Below, piece by piece: positions 38,585 through 48,298 of a stretch of 48,298 nt of DNA (positions are counted from its first letter, which is position 1; every line of letters starts with the position of its first letter). A model generated the notes under the pieces. It was not told the DNA's origin. It saw nothing but the letters and a program-made list of their open reading frames with translations, and made no database searches. Made by a program: the position numbers and the translations under genes. Origin of the DNA: Clostridia bacterium (GTDB taxonomy: Bacteria > Bacillota > Sulfobacillia > SLMV01); assembly GCA_003552525.1 (NCBI GenBank), contig PUNF01000098.1:1-48298 (forward strand). Direction: 5' to 3'.

Positions 38585-40819
38585 TCACTTGAGGAGGGAA
38601 GCGGCATGTCGCGCGTTTTCCTCCTCCTTATCCTGCATCTTTCGTGCGCCCCGCGACACGACGGGACGCAGGTCCGAAAGCCGCGGGAGGATGTGTTCTA
38701 GGAGTCCTTCTTCGAGCCGCTCGGGTGTCATATTCTCCATTCTTCCAAGGCATGGCGCCCCAATATCGGAGAGAAATCCGTCGATCTTCGGATCGTAGCT
38801 GAGGCCCACGGGGATGGAACCCGCGGCGGCCGCGAGAATCAGGGCATGGAGGCGCATCCCGAGGACCAAGTCTGATCGTTCCATGATCCCCATGACCAAC
38901 TCCGGTTGCATCCCCGTGGCACATAAGACGGCCGTTTCTCTTCGTGTCATTTTTGCCGCCAGTTTTGCAAGCGGAAGATCGCGTGATTCCTGCATGGCCA
39001 TCAGCAAGGAAATGAACCCCTGCTCGCTCAAGAGGTCAGCCGCACGCGCGGCCAGGCGCGCTGGCAATTCCGAGTCCCCGCGCCAGGGACGCATTGAGAT
39101 CACCGCGATCGGATGATCGTCCCACCTACAGGAGAATGCCCGATCGAGCACCATTTCGACGTCGGGTCGATCGGCCGGTCTCAGTGCAAAGGCGGGATCC
39201 GCAGTCACCTCCCAATCGGGACCTGCATCGTTGTTACCGAGCAGGGCGCGCAGGGTACCGGCTGACGCGCGGTCGCGCAATGTGATTCGCGAAGCGGTCC
39301 GGAGGGCACCGACGGCCAGGCTGCGGCCGATGCCCGAGTGCAGGGGGCCGATGCCATTGGCGTATATCATGACCGGTGTACGCATGACCCGGGCCGCATA
39401 GATGAGAGAACTATAGTACACCAATGAGCGTAGACTGGTTTCGTCCTGTAGGAGGGTGCCGCCGCCACTGATGAAAAGCCGGGATCGGTGGAGCCTGGAT
39501 ATGATACCCAAGGGCGAAAACCGCGGGGTGGCGGATACCCGATGGGAACGCGCAGTGCCCTTGGGATCCGCCGAAAGCACCCAGATGTCTACCGCGGGGT
39601 TTTCTCGTTTCAGGCCCCTTATCAACCCTCGCAACAGGGCCTCATCACCCAGGTTGCCGAAACCGAAATACCCGGACACGGTCACCTGCTGGGGCCGTCT
39701 ACCCATCGCGATCACGCGGGTATAGATCTCGAGATGGTCGCGCTGCATGGCCCGAAGGGAGAAGCGGCTTGTCGCGTGTTGTTTCAAGGATCGCCCCAAT
39801 CCCCGGCGCAGCTTCGGGTTACGAACCAGCAGGCAAAGGCGGGATGCGAGGTCCTCGGGATCATCCACGGCTACCTGGTAACCTGTTCGGCCATCGAGGA
39901 TGAGTTCGGGGACGCCGCCAACTGGTGTCGCGATCGTGGCGAGACCATGATGGGCGCCCTCGAGGAGGGCGTAGGGGAAGCTCTCACTCTCGGACGGTAG
40001 CACGTTGATATCCATGGCAGACATGGCAGGCGTCGTGTCGTCAAGGTGCCCGGTGAAGTGCACGCGGCCTCCCAATCCCAGCGAGGAAGCCAGGGCCTGC
40101 AAACGGTTTCTCTCCTCCCCGTCGCCTACCAGGAGGAAGTGAGCGTCGTCGCCCGCGAGCGCATCGGATGCTGCGGCCCGAAGGAGAACGTCATGTCGCT
40201 TCACCCGGGCCATTCTTCCCACCATTCCTACCAGCGTGGCCTCCAGGGGGATGCCGTGTGCACGGCGGAAGGCTTGGCCATCCTCTGGGGTCGCACCGGG
40301 GGCCTCGGCGAATTCCAGTCCGTTGTAGATGGTGTGAACGCGCCCTCCGGGAAAGCCCCTATCGATGAGCATTCCGCGAAAGTTTTCTGTCACTGCCAGG
40401 TAGTGATCGAATCTACGAAGGCTTATCGCGTTCAGGGTCGAGTATACCAGGTGCTTATATAGGTTATCCTCGAAATCGCGGCGATAATCGCTGTGCATGG
40501 TCGTGATCAGCGGGACGGGAATGCGTCGCCGCAATAGGGCGCCCAAGAAGTTCGCCCTTGCACCGTGGCAGTGAATGAGGTCGGGCTGTTGCTTACGGAT
40601 TAGCCCGTGGAGGCGGCGAATGGCGGAAAGGTCCGTCCGGGACCGTTGTTCGGAAAGGATGACGGGAAGTCCCGCTTCCTTTGCTTCCCGGTAGAAGGGT
40701 CCGTCGGTGAGGCATACCAGCGATACCACGCTTACCTCCGATAGGGTCCGAACAAGGTTGAGCACGTGTGTCTTCGCGCCGCCGGTATCGCCGCCGCTGA
40801 TCAGGTGCATCACGTTCAC
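38585..40819 (-). CDS. csaB: GT4 glycosyltransferase fused to polysaccharide pyruvyl transferase CsaB
   Basis: N-half HLISGGDTGGA...ESFPYALLE (EX7E); C-half SGYFGFGNLGDEA, GGGTLLQD, MRLHALI, SYDPK. Confidence 0.9.
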   Translation of the reverse strand: MNVMHLISGGDTGGAKTHVLNLVRTLSEVSVVSLVCLTDGPFYREAKEAGLPVILSEQRSRTDLSAIRRLHGLIRKQQPDLIHCHGARANFLGALLRRRIPVPLITTMHSDYRRDFEDNLYKHLVYSTLNAISLRRFDHYLAVTENFRGMLIDRGFPGGRVHTIYNGLEFAEAPGATPEDGQAFRRAHGIPLEATLVGMVGRMARVKRHDVLLRAAASDALAGDDAHFLLVGDGEERNRLQALASSLGLGGRVHFTGHLDDTTPAMSAMDINVLPSESESFPYALLEGAHHGLATIATPVGGVPELILDGRTGYQVAVDDPEDLASRLCLLVRNPKLRRGLGRSLKQHATSRFSLRAMQRDHLEIYTRVIAMGRRPQQVTVSGYFGFGNLGDEALLRGLIRGLKRENPAVDIWVLSADPKGTARSHRVSATPRFSPLGIISRLHRSRLFISGGGTLLQDETSLRSLVYYSSLIYAARVMRTPVMIYANGIGPLHSGIGRSLAVGALRTASRITLRDRASAGTLRALLGNNDAGPDWEVTADPAFALRPADRPDVEMVLDRAFSCRWDDHPIAVISMRPWRGDSELPARLAARAADLLSEQGFISLLMAMQESRDLPLAKLAAKMTRRETAVLCATGMQPELVMGIMERSDLVLGMRLHALILAAAAGSIPVGLSYDPKIDGFLSDIGAPCLGRMENMTPERLEEGLLEHILPRLSDLRPVVSRGARKMQDKEEENARHAASLLK

Positions 40820-40828
40820 GTTTGATAA

Positions 40829-40893
40829 GCCTCCCGGTTGCGCAGGGTTAAGGCAATTATACACTCCCGGGTCGGTTCTATGCCTCCCGGTTG
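40829..40893 (-). promoter_or_regulatory. csaB upstream region: TATAAT flanked by a 12-bp direct repeat
   Basis: GCCTCCCGGTTG at 40829-40840 and 40882-40893; minus-strand TATAAT at 40856-40861. Confidence 0.5.
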
Positions 40894-41329
40894 ACGGATG
40901 CTCTCCGGCACTACGCAACGATAATTGTCATTGAAGCATATGTCTCCAGGCTTTAGAATGGTTTGCATCGAGGGGAGAAGCCGTGTTCCGTTCCTGCGGT
41001 TCACCCGCCGGTACTGTGCGGGGTAGGCTCCTCGCCCGCCCATCCTTGCCACCAGGATTCCCGGGGATCTTTTGGGTCCAAGGGAGAATTCTCCCGGTGC
41101 ATCGGAGCCGAGATTAACACTTGCGTTACGATAACGAGGAGTTTGGCCCTATGAGTCGAATAGACGCTAAAGACGGATCAGCATTTTCTCGATGAAACTA
41201 CTGCACGGGTCGGGTATGTGCGGTGCGAAATACACTGTCGTCGGGTGGGCAACAGTGTATGGTCGCGAAACACCCTGTATCACCAATATTTGGCTTGGGT
41301 ACATAGCCTACCGGATGGGGGCCCGTCTC

Positions 41330-42037
41330 TTGATCGTCCTAAGCCACGTGAGTAAACACTATGGGAACATCTGTGCACTCGATGATGTGACGTTAAATAT
41401 CACAAAGGGAGAGTTCGTGTTTCTCGTTGGCCCAAGCGGTGCGGGGAAGTCGACACTCCTGCAACTGCTATTTCGGGAGGAAAAGGCTTCCGAGGGAAGT
41501 GTCGTGGTGGATAATCTCAACGTTACGCGACTGCCGCGGCGCCATGTGCCGTTGTTGCGCCGTAAGGTGGGCGTGGTCTTTCAAGATTTCAAGCTCCTCA
41601 ACTCGAAGACGGTCTTCGAGAACGTGGCGTTTGTTTTGCAGGTGACCGGAGCACCCAAGAGCTTTATTCGTCGCCGGGTGCCGCAGGTGCTGAACCTGGT
41701 TGGATTGGCCGGCAAGGAGCGGGCCTACCCCGAGCAGTTGTCGGGAGGGGAGCAGCAAAGGGCGTCTTTGGCCCGCGCGATCGCCAATTCGCCCAGATTG
41801 ATCCTCGCCGACGAGCCGACCGGGAACCTGGACCGCGATTCTTCATGGAGTATCATGCGTTTGCTGGCGGAATTCAACAAACGTGGCGCGACCGTGCTGG
41901 TTGCCACTCATGACTGGCCCATCGTTGATGCCATGCAACGCCGAGTCGTCGAGATCAACGAGGGCAAGATCACTCGTGACGACGAGCAAGGGGGCTACAG
42001 TCGAAGTGTTGCGACTAATCGGGCGCTCGGTCGTTGA
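41330..42037 (+). CDS. ftsE: Cell division ATP-binding protein FtsE
   Basis: GPSGAGKST, GVVFQDFKLL, LSGGEQQR, ADEPTGNLD, ATHD. Confidence 0.96.
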   Translation: MIVLSHVSKHYGNICALDDVTLNITKGEFVFLVGPSGAGKSTLLQLLFREEKASEGSVVVDNLNVTRLPRRHVPLLRRKVGVVFQDFKLLNSKTVFENVAFVLQVTGAPKSFIRRRVPQVLNLVGLAGKERAYPEQLSGGEQQRASLARAIANSPRLILADEPTGNLDRDSSWSIMRLLAEFNKRGATVLVATHDWPIVDAMQRRVVEINEGKITRDDEQGGYSRSVATNRALGR

Positions 42038-42890
42038 GGGATTCAAGAGCATATGGGCGCATGGCCTGATGAGCCTGGCATCGGTCGGAACCGTGGCCGT
42101 ATCATTGCTCGTACTCGCTGTGTTCTTGGTCGTGGCGGCGAACTTGTCGTATGTCGCGGATATTCTCGAGGAACAGGTGGAGATCGTCGCGTATTGTAGT
42201 CCGGAGTTCGACCGGGAGTGGCGAGAGACACTGATCGAGAAGGCTGAGGCCATCCCCGGTGTGGGTTCAGTTGCGTTCGTGGGGCGAGAAGAAGCACTCG
42301 ATCGCTTAAGGGAACAGTTCGGCAGTCAGGCAGATCTATTGAGTGCCGTGGAGGACGACAATCCCTTGAGAGATCACCTTGAGATCACGGTGGAGGACCC
42401 CGAGCGCATTGAATCCGTGGCGAGAAGCGTCGGAGAAATCCAAAGCATCGACGATGTCGCGTACCAGCGTGAAGTGGTGGAGCGCCTCTACTCGGTAACC
42501 GAGGCTCTCCGCACGGCGGGGGTGGGCCTGGTATTCCTGCTGGCTGCGGCGACGTTCTTACTGATCAGCAACACCATTCGCCTTACCATTTTCGCGAGGC
42601 GGGATGAGATAGAAGTGATGCGACTGGTCGGGGCGTCCTCCGCCTTCATCTGGGGCCCCCTGGTCGTGGAGGGGTTGCTCCTCGGCATGATTGGCGCCGG
42701 GATCGCTGGGATTGCGATATACTGGGGTTACCAGGATCTGGTGGGGTCACTGCACATTTCTCTGCCGTTCCTCCCGATACTCGGGCCGCAGCCACTGATT
42801 GGAAATCTCATCCAGTTGCTGCTGATTATTGGTGCGATGCTGGGAATTATGAGTAGTTGGTTTTCTGCACAGCGCTACGTAAAGATATAG
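42006..42890 (+). CDS. ftsX: Cell division permease FtsX
   Basis: MSLASVGT TM1, NPL, LISNTIRLTIFARRDEIEVMRLVGA, P.VVEG. Confidence 0.95.
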   Translation: MLRLIGRSVVEGFKSIWAHGLMSLASVGTVAVSLLVLAVFLVVAANLSYVADILEEQVEIVAYCSPEFDREWRETLIEKAEAIPGVGSVAFVGREEALDRLREQFGSQADLLSAVEDDNPLRDHLEITVEDPERIESVARSVGEIQSIDDVAYQREVVERLYSVTEALRTAGVGLVFLLAAATFLLISNTIRLTIFARRDEIEVMRLVGASSAFIWGPLVVEGLLLGMIGAGIAGIAIYWGYQDLVGSLHISLPFLPILGPQPLIGNLIQLLLIIGAMLGIMSSWFSAQRYVKI

Positions 42891-42902
42891 GGGGGATCAC
42901 GC

Positions 42903-44114
42903 TTGGATTCATGGAGTGGCCGAAGACTTTCGAGTAATCTACATAGAATGGTCGCTTGTATCGTCATGGGTGCAATGGCCATCGCCATGGTGTCCGCCCT
43001 GTTCGCAGGCGCGGATCCAGTGCATGCATCCGCGGGCGAGATCCGCCAGGAAATCGAGAACCTGCGCAATCGCCTGGACAACATTCAAGGAGATATGGAC
43101 CAGTACGAGAGTAATCTCGAACATATTCGCCAACAGGAACAGGGGGTGACCCGGGAGCTCGGCCAGGCCCAGGTTGAATTGCGCCAGGTCGAGAATCAGC
43201 TCGACGAAGCCCTGGTCGCCCTTCAGATGGCGGAGCTCGAGGTGCAAGAGGCGGAGGAAGACCTCCAGCGTGCCGAGGAAGAGCTCGACTATCGGACGGG
43301 ATTACTCAACGGTCGCGTGCGTGCCATGTACGAGCTCGGCACGGTGAGCTATCTCGAGGTTTTGCTCTCCTCGGTCAGTTTCGCCGACTTCGTTCGTCGC
43401 TTCCAGATGCTTCAGCAAATCGTGGGGCAAGACGTAAGCATCCTCGAGGCCGTGCGCGAACAGAAGTCCGAGGTGGAGTACAGGCGGCAAGTATGGATCG
43501 ATGAGAAGGATGACGCTGCATATTGGAAAGAGCGGGTAGCGGAGAAACGCGAGGAACTCAAGGTCGAGGTCGCCCGCTACGAGAGTCGACTCCACCAGTT
43601 GTCCAGTCGCGAGCAGGAATACCTAGACGCGCTGGACGAGATGGAGCGGCGATCGGAGCAAATCGCCGAGGAAATTACCGCGAAACAAGAGGAGTTGGCC
43701 CTGGCCGAGGGTATCCCTTATATGATCTGGCCCCTCAACCCGGGCAGCTTCTGGGTCTCTTCGCCCTTTGGCCAGCGATATCATCCGATACTCGGACAGT
43801 GGCGTTTTCACTCGGGAATCGACCTGGCAGCCAGCACCGGCACCCCCATTCGTGCCGCCGCGTCAGGTATCGTCCTGGATGCAGGATGGATGGGAGGGTA
43901 TGGCCTGACCGTGATCGTTGCGCATACGTCCACGGTGTCAACACTGTATGCCCATGCGTCCACGTTGCGCGTGGAGCCCGGGGACCAGGTAGGCGAAGGC
44001 GACACCATCGCACTCGTGGGCACCACGGGCATGTCCACGGGGCCCCACCTTCACTTTGAAGTCCGGGTCGACGGCCAGGTCGAGGATCCGAAGGAGTACC
44101 TGCCGCCGCGGTAA
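42903..44114 (+). CDS. Coiled-coil plus M23 murein hydrolase (EnvC-like architecture, FtsEX partner)
   Basis: Signal peptide, long coiled coil with YLEVLL.S.SF.DF, intact HSGID and HLH; start may be 42948. Confidence 0.9.
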   Translation: MDSWSGRRLSSNLHRMVACIVMGAMAIAMVSALFAGADPVHASAGEIRQEIENLRNRLDNIQGDMDQYESNLEHIRQQEQGVTRELGQAQVELRQVENQLDEALVALQMAELEVQEAEEDLQRAEEELDYRTGLLNGRVRAMYELGTVSYLEVLLSSVSFADFVRRFQMLQQIVGQDVSILEAVREQKSEVEYRRQVWIDEKDDAAYWKERVAEKREELKVEVARYESRLHQLSSREQEYLDALDEMERRSEQIAEEITAKQEELALAEGIPYMIWPLNPGSFWVSSPFGQRYHPILGQWRFHSGIDLAASTGTPIRAAASGIVLDAGWMGGYGLTVIVAHTSTVSTLYAHASTLRVEPGDQVGEGDTIALVGTTGMSTGPHLHFEVRVDGQVEDPKEYLPPR

Positions 44115-44210
44115 TCCTTGGCCCTTTTGCCCGTTGTAAACGATTCGCGGATCTGCTATGGTCCGCGAACCGTTTTTGTGTGCTCCCCACGTTTTTCCCT
44201 CCAAGCCCTG

Positions 44211-44219
44211 TGATAGAAT
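44211..44219 (+). promoter_or_regulatory. Extended -10 promoter for the S41 protease gene
   Basis: TGaTAGAAT. Confidence 0.45.
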
Positions 44220-44253
44220 AGTGGGCACGCCCTAGAAGGAGCCGATCGCGCAC

Positions 44254-45573
44254 GTGTTGTGGGAGGCGATGATAATTTACGATGAGGATCGGAGTACAAG
44301 ATATGTTCAATTAACGCCGGTGCAGGCCATCTTGATCGTGATGGTGTTGGTCTTCACGGTGGCGGCACTAACCGTCGGTGTCGTACAACAGGTCCCGTTC
44401 ATTTCGGAGAGAGGGATCGAGGAGGCAGCCCCCGAGGAAGTCGAGTCTGCGCTCGATGACGAGGGATACGATGAGTTCATCCGCGCACTATCACTCATCA
44501 TGGAGGACTATGTTGACGGGGACGATGTGGATTCCGAAGCGCTTCTGCGCGGTGCAATTCGAGGTATGATTGAGGGATTGGATGACCCGTATTCGACGTA
44601 CTTCGATGCCTCTGCCCTCGAGGACCTGCGCGTACAGACCCTGGAGGGGGAGTACTCGGGCATCGGGGTTTCCGTGATCGACCTGGACGGGTACGTGACG
44701 GTGTTGGTGCCGTTCGACGATACGCCGGCTTCCACGACGCCATTCGAGGGTGCCGATGAGAACGATGCCATCGGGTTGAAATCCGGTGATCGAATATTGG
44801 AGGTGGATGGGATCGATGTGGTCGGTATGTCTACCGACCATGTAGCGGAACTCATCCGCGGGCCGGTTGGCGAGAGCGTGGAGATCCTCGTCGAACGTCC
44901 CGAAAACGAGATGGGTGAGCAATACCGGTTCGTCATCGAGCGGGAACAGATCGAAATCCCGACCGCAGATTCGGAAGTCATCGATGGCGATATCGGCGTT
45001 CTGAGCATCACACAATTCACCGCCCACACGCCCGAGCAGGTGGCGGCGCACCTTGAGAAACTCGAGGAATCTGGGATCCAAGGCCTGATCCTGGACCTGC
45101 GTAGTAACCCCGGGGGGACGCTGGAAGAATCCTTGCAGGTGGCCGATCAGTTCTTGCCCCCTGGGCCCGTGGTGACTACCGTCGATCGGGAGGGCAACGA
45201 GGAAACCCTGGCCGTCTCGGGGCCGGGATACGAACGCCCGATCGTGGTCTTGGTCGATCGGTTCAGTGCAAGTGCGTCCGAAATTATTGCCGGTGCCCTG
45301 CGCGATCGTGCCGATGCCCCATTGGTTGGCGAACGCACATTTGGAAAAGGATCTGTACAGCGGGTGTATTACCTGGATCCGGAGCAGACGACGGGGATGA
45401 AGCTGACCACGCAGAGGTATTTGACGCCATCCGGCTATAATATCGAAGATGAGGAGGGCCTGGTGCCGGATTACGAGGTGGAGTGGTCCGAGGGAGAGAC
45501 GATGGGCGAGCTGGACTCGGACAGCCAATTGCAGAGGGCACTCGAGGTCCTCCGTGACTTGATCGCACAATAA
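44254..45573 (+). CDS. Carboxyl-terminal processing protease (S41, CtpA/CtpB-like)
   Basis: LDDPYS, GIGV PDZ, LDLRSNPGG, SASASE (Ser), TFGKG (Lys); start may be 44269. Confidence 0.94.
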   Translation: MLWEAMIIYDEDRSTRYVQLTPVQAILIVMVLVFTVAALTVGVVQQVPFISERGIEEAAPEEVESALDDEGYDEFIRALSLIMEDYVDGDDVDSEALLRGAIRGMIEGLDDPYSTYFDASALEDLRVQTLEGEYSGIGVSVIDLDGYVTVLVPFDDTPASTTPFEGADENDAIGLKSGDRILEVDGIDVVGMSTDHVAELIRGPVGESVEILVERPENEMGEQYRFVIEREQIEIPTADSEVIDGDIGVLSITQFTAHTPEQVAAHLEKLEESGIQGLILDLRSNPGGTLEESLQVADQFLPPGPVVTTVDREGNEETLAVSGPGYERPIVVLVDRFSASASEIIAGALRDRADAPLVGERTFGKGSVQRVYYLDPEQTTGMKLTTQRYLTPSGYNIEDEEGLVPDYEVEWSEGETMGELDSDSQLQRALEVLRDLIAQ

Positions 45574-45603
45574 TCCGATCCTACGCACCCCGGGAGGTAT
45601 GCT

Positions 45604-46875
45604 TTGGATCTATCGTTGCTCGGCGAGTTGGCGCGGCACATTTTTCTTCGCGTGCCGGAAACGGTGATTCCCACGACGACCGGCGGCCTATTGTTCTGGG
45701 CCGTGATGCTACTCGTGTGGACGCAATACAGGCGACTGGCCACGATGGAGCGTCGCATACACGGGTTCGTCCGCAACGACCCGTGGGTGAGTACGGGAAC
45801 CGCCCTGGTTTTCGGTGTCGTAGCCGGCATCATCGGGAGCTTCCTCATGATCATGCTGGGAATTACGTTGTCCCAGGATGATATCATATACCTGTGGCCG
45901 GTTGCCCTTGCCCTACTATTGCTCAATCCGCGCCTGCTGTGCTTTTCCTATGCGGGCGGAATCGTTTCGATCGTGCACCTTCTGACCGGATGGCCGCCGG
46001 GAGTCAATCCGACGGCCATCATGGGTCTGGTCGCCGTCCTACACCTCATGGAGGGCATCCTGGTTGCCGTCAGTGGCCATCGTGTGGTTAGCCCGGTATA
46101 CCTCAAGAATGATCGCTCAGCCGTGGTAGGCGGATACCTGGTACAGAGGTTCTGGCCGATCCCGATCATGATCGTTTTCTTGTTACAGCTCCCACCGGAA
46201 GCCACGCTGGGAGGATTCAGCATGCCGGACTGGTGGCCCTTGATCGATTCCGGTGCGGGGTTGGGCGAGCACTGGGCGTATGTCATGACCCCGGTGGTGG
46301 CCGCCTTGGGCTACTCTGACATTGCCTTGACCGAGATGCCGGTAAAACGGGCCCGACGTACGGCCTGGCACCTCGTGCTGTTCAGCGTCGCCCTCCTCGG
46401 TTTCAGTCTTTGGGCTGCGGAGTCACCCGCGGTCATATTCGTACCGGTGCTTTTTGGTCCACTGGGACACGAACTGATGATTCGCTTGAGCAGCGGACGC
46501 GAGTTTCGCGGCAAACCGAAGTTTGTCTCGGGGGGCGATGGTGTAATGATTATGGATGCTCGGCCGAATCGGCCGGGTCAGGCGCTCGGCTTACACCCTG
46601 GAGATACGGTCGTGGCGGTAAACGGGCAACCGATCGCCAGTCGCTCCGAGCTCAATGACGCCACCATTTTTGGTGGCTGGTATATCGAGTTAACTGTCGT
46701 CGATCCGGATGGACACGTACGCACCCTTGAGTCGAATCGGTATCCGCCCGGACAAGACCTGGGCGTGATTACGGCGCCGGAATCACATGATCGACCGCAC
46801 GTGAATCTCGGGGGTGAGGGTGTCCTTCTTCGGCTATTGAAACGTTTGCGGAGAAGGTGGCGCTGGCGAGCTTGA
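45604..46875 (+). CDS. Multi-TM PDZ protein, MinJ-like
   Basis: PRLLCFSYAGG, LH..EGILV, FWPIP, HE motif and C-terminal PDZ; located between ctp and uvrB. Confidence 0.8.
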   Translation: MDLSLLGELARHIFLRVPETVIPTTTGGLLFWAVMLLVWTQYRRLATMERRIHGFVRNDPWVSTGTALVFGVVAGIIGSFLMIMLGITLSQDDIIYLWPVALALLLLNPRLLCFSYAGGIVSIVHLLTGWPPGVNPTAIMGLVAVLHLMEGILVAVSGHRVVSPVYLKNDRSAVVGGYLVQRFWPIPIMIVFLLQLPPEATLGGFSMPDWWPLIDSGAGLGEHWAYVMTPVVAALGYSDIALTEMPVKRARRTAWHLVLFSVALLGFSLWAAESPAVIFVPVLFGPLGHELMIRLSSGREFRGKPKFVSGGDGVMIMDARPNRPGQALGLHPGDTVVAVNGQPIASRSELNDATIFGGWYIELTVVDPDGHVRTLESNRYPPGQDLGVITAPESHDRPHVNLGGEGVLLRLLKRLRRRWRWRA

Positions 46876-46876
46876 G

Positions 46877-46890
46877 GGAACATGTGTTCG
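46877..46890 (+). promoter_or_regulatory. LexA/DinR (Cheo) SOS box upstream of uvrB
   Basis: GGAACATGTGTTCG matches GAAC-N4-GTTC. Confidence 0.85.
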
Positions 46891-46931
46891 AGTGATATGT
46901 TTGACGTGATGCCACACGGGAGGTTCGTCCA

Positions 46932-48298
46932 TTGTCCAGTTTCGAACTGGTTTCCAGTTATCAGCCCGAGGGGGATCAGCCGCGGGCCATCGATGAGATC
47001 ACCGAGGTTTTCTCCGCCGGCTCGCGTGATGTGACTCTCCTGGGTGTCACCGGATCCGGGAAGACGTATACTGTTGCGAACGTCGTTGAGCAGTTACAGC
47101 GGCCGACCCTCGTGGTCGCGCACAACAAGACCCTGGCCGCGCAGTTATGCAGCGAGTTTCGCGATTTCTTCCCCAGGAATGCGGTGGAGTATTTCGTGAG
47201 CTATTACGATTACTATCAACCCGAGGCGTACATTCCGCAAAGCGATACGTACATCGAGAAGGATGCGACCATCAACGATGAGATCGACAAACTACGGCAC
47301 TCGGCCACCAGTGCGCTGCTGGAGCGTTCAGATGTGATCGTGGTTGCCTCGGTATCGTGCATATACGGCCTCGGTTCACCCGAAGACTATCGCAATCTCG
47401 TTGTAAGCCTGCGACACGGGATGCAGCGCGATCGGGATGACATCGTACGGTCACTCGTCGGGATCCAGTACCAGCGGAATGACATCAACTTCATGCGTGG
47501 TACTTTTCGCGTGCGCGGTGACATCATCGAGATTTTTCCCGCTTCCTCGGGGGAGCGCGCCATTCGCGTCGAGCTGTTCGGCGATGAGATCGAACGGATC
47601 AGCGAGGTCGACACCATAACGGGAGAGGTGCTGGGTCATCGGCAACACGTCGCCATATACCCGGCGACGCACTACATTACCGAACGAGACAAGATGCGTC
47701 GGGCGATCGAGAGTATCGAATGCGAACTCGAACAACGCCTGGTCGCGCTGCGCAACGATAATCGACTGCTAGAAGCGCAGCGCCTCGAGCAGCGGACCCG
47801 GTATGATTTGGCCATGCTACGAGAAGTCGGTTATTGCACGGGGATCGAAAACTATGCCCGGCACTTGACCGGTCGTGCACCCGGGGAGCCGCCTTTTACG
47901 CTATTGGATTACTTCCCGGATGATTTTCTCTGCGTAATCGATGAATCCCATCGGACGATTCCGCAGATCGGGGGGATGTATGCCGGTGATCGTTCGCGGA
48001 AGGAGACGCTTGTCCGCCATGGTTTTCGGCTTCCGTCGGCGTTTGACAACCGCCCATTGACCTTCGAGGAGTTCGTACATCACGTGGACCGGAGCCTTTA
48101 CGTATCCGCCACTCCGGCGCCTTACGAAATGGATCGGAGCACACGCGTTGTCGAACAGATCGTACGACCGACGGGTCTCATCGATCCCGAGGTAGAGGTT
48201 CGACCGGTGGAGGGGCAGATCGACGACCTGGTATCGGAGGTTCGTGAACGCATTTCGCGCGGCGATCGCGTATTGGTGACCACGCTTACCAAGCGGAT
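46932..48298 (+). CDS. uvrB: Excinuclease ABC subunit B (3' truncated by window)
   Basis: Not in the ORF track (runs off the edge); TTG after GGGAGG gives [59 protein letters not shown]. Confidence 0.97.
   Translation, partial: MSSFELVSSYQPEGDQPRAIDEITEVFSAGSRDVTLLGVTGSGKTYTVANVVEQLQRPTLVVAHNKTLAAQLCSEFRDFFPRNAVEYFVSYYDYYQPEAYIPQSDTYIEKDATINDEIDKLRHSATSALLERSDVIVVASVSCIYGLGSPEDYRNLVVSLRHGMQRDRDDIVRSLVGIQYQRNDINFMRGTFRVRGDIIEIFPASSGERAIRVELFGDEIERISEVDTITGEVLGHRQHVAIYPATHYITERDKMRRAIESIECELEQRLVALRNDNRLLEAQRLEQRTRYDLAMLREVGYCTGIENYARHLTGRAPGEPPFTLLDYFPDDFLCVIDESHRTIPQIGGMYAGDRSRKETLVRHGFRLPSAFDNRPLTFEEFVHHVDRSLYVSATPAPYEMDRSTRVVEQIVRPTGLIDPEVEVRPVEGQIDDLVSEVRERISRGDRVLVTTLTKR

Noticed and set aside
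41030-41120. Possible c-di-AMP (ydaO) riboswitch upstream of ftsEX
   Set aside because: Only superficial GGGGA/TTTTGGG similarity; the conserved GCUGAA and AGCUAAC elements are absent.
44491-45588. 365-aa antisense ORF (also 1587-2552, 7354-8289, 13576-14481)
   Set aside because: Each lies opposite a well-supported gene and lacks family motifs.
41330-48298. ftsE-ftsX-M23-S41-minJ-uvrB as a novel system
   Set aside because: This gene order is well known and conserved in Bacillota.

Overview
GC-rich bacterial chromosomal segment (about 60% GC by eye, not computed) from a non-Bacilli Bacillota (Firmicutes) anaerobe. The assignment rests on a type A RNase P RNA, a GAAC-N4-GTTC LexA box and the secA-prfB...ftsE-ftsX-M23-S41-minJ-uvrB gene order. 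Na+-type ATP synthase c subunit motifs and very acidic exported proteins suggest a saline or alkaline habitat (inference). I found no mobile elements, CRISPR arrays, rRNA or tRNA. The right third (rnpB to uvrB) is mostly conserved core. The left two thirds hold accessory metabolism and regulation: a WYL regulator; a six-gene 2-oxoacid:ferredoxin oxidoreductase plus SucCD-like ligase operon with non-canonical substrate-binding motifs; an ArsR-permease-thioredoxin module; pck-ilvE; an OmpR-family two-component system divergent from a GerMN lipoprotein; an apparent operon (Fe-S aldo/keto reductase, NAD-kinase-like, ThiF-like, YibE/F) ending in a Na+-type Fo-only cassette (atpZ-I-B-E-F, no F1 genes); an S66 peptidase with two amidohydrolases; and an orphan phosphate acyltransferase. 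The best candidates for undescribed systems are the OFOR/SucCD-like substrate-level phosphorylation module and the stand-alone Na+ Fo cassette. All calls come from motif recognition by eye; no database searches were run.
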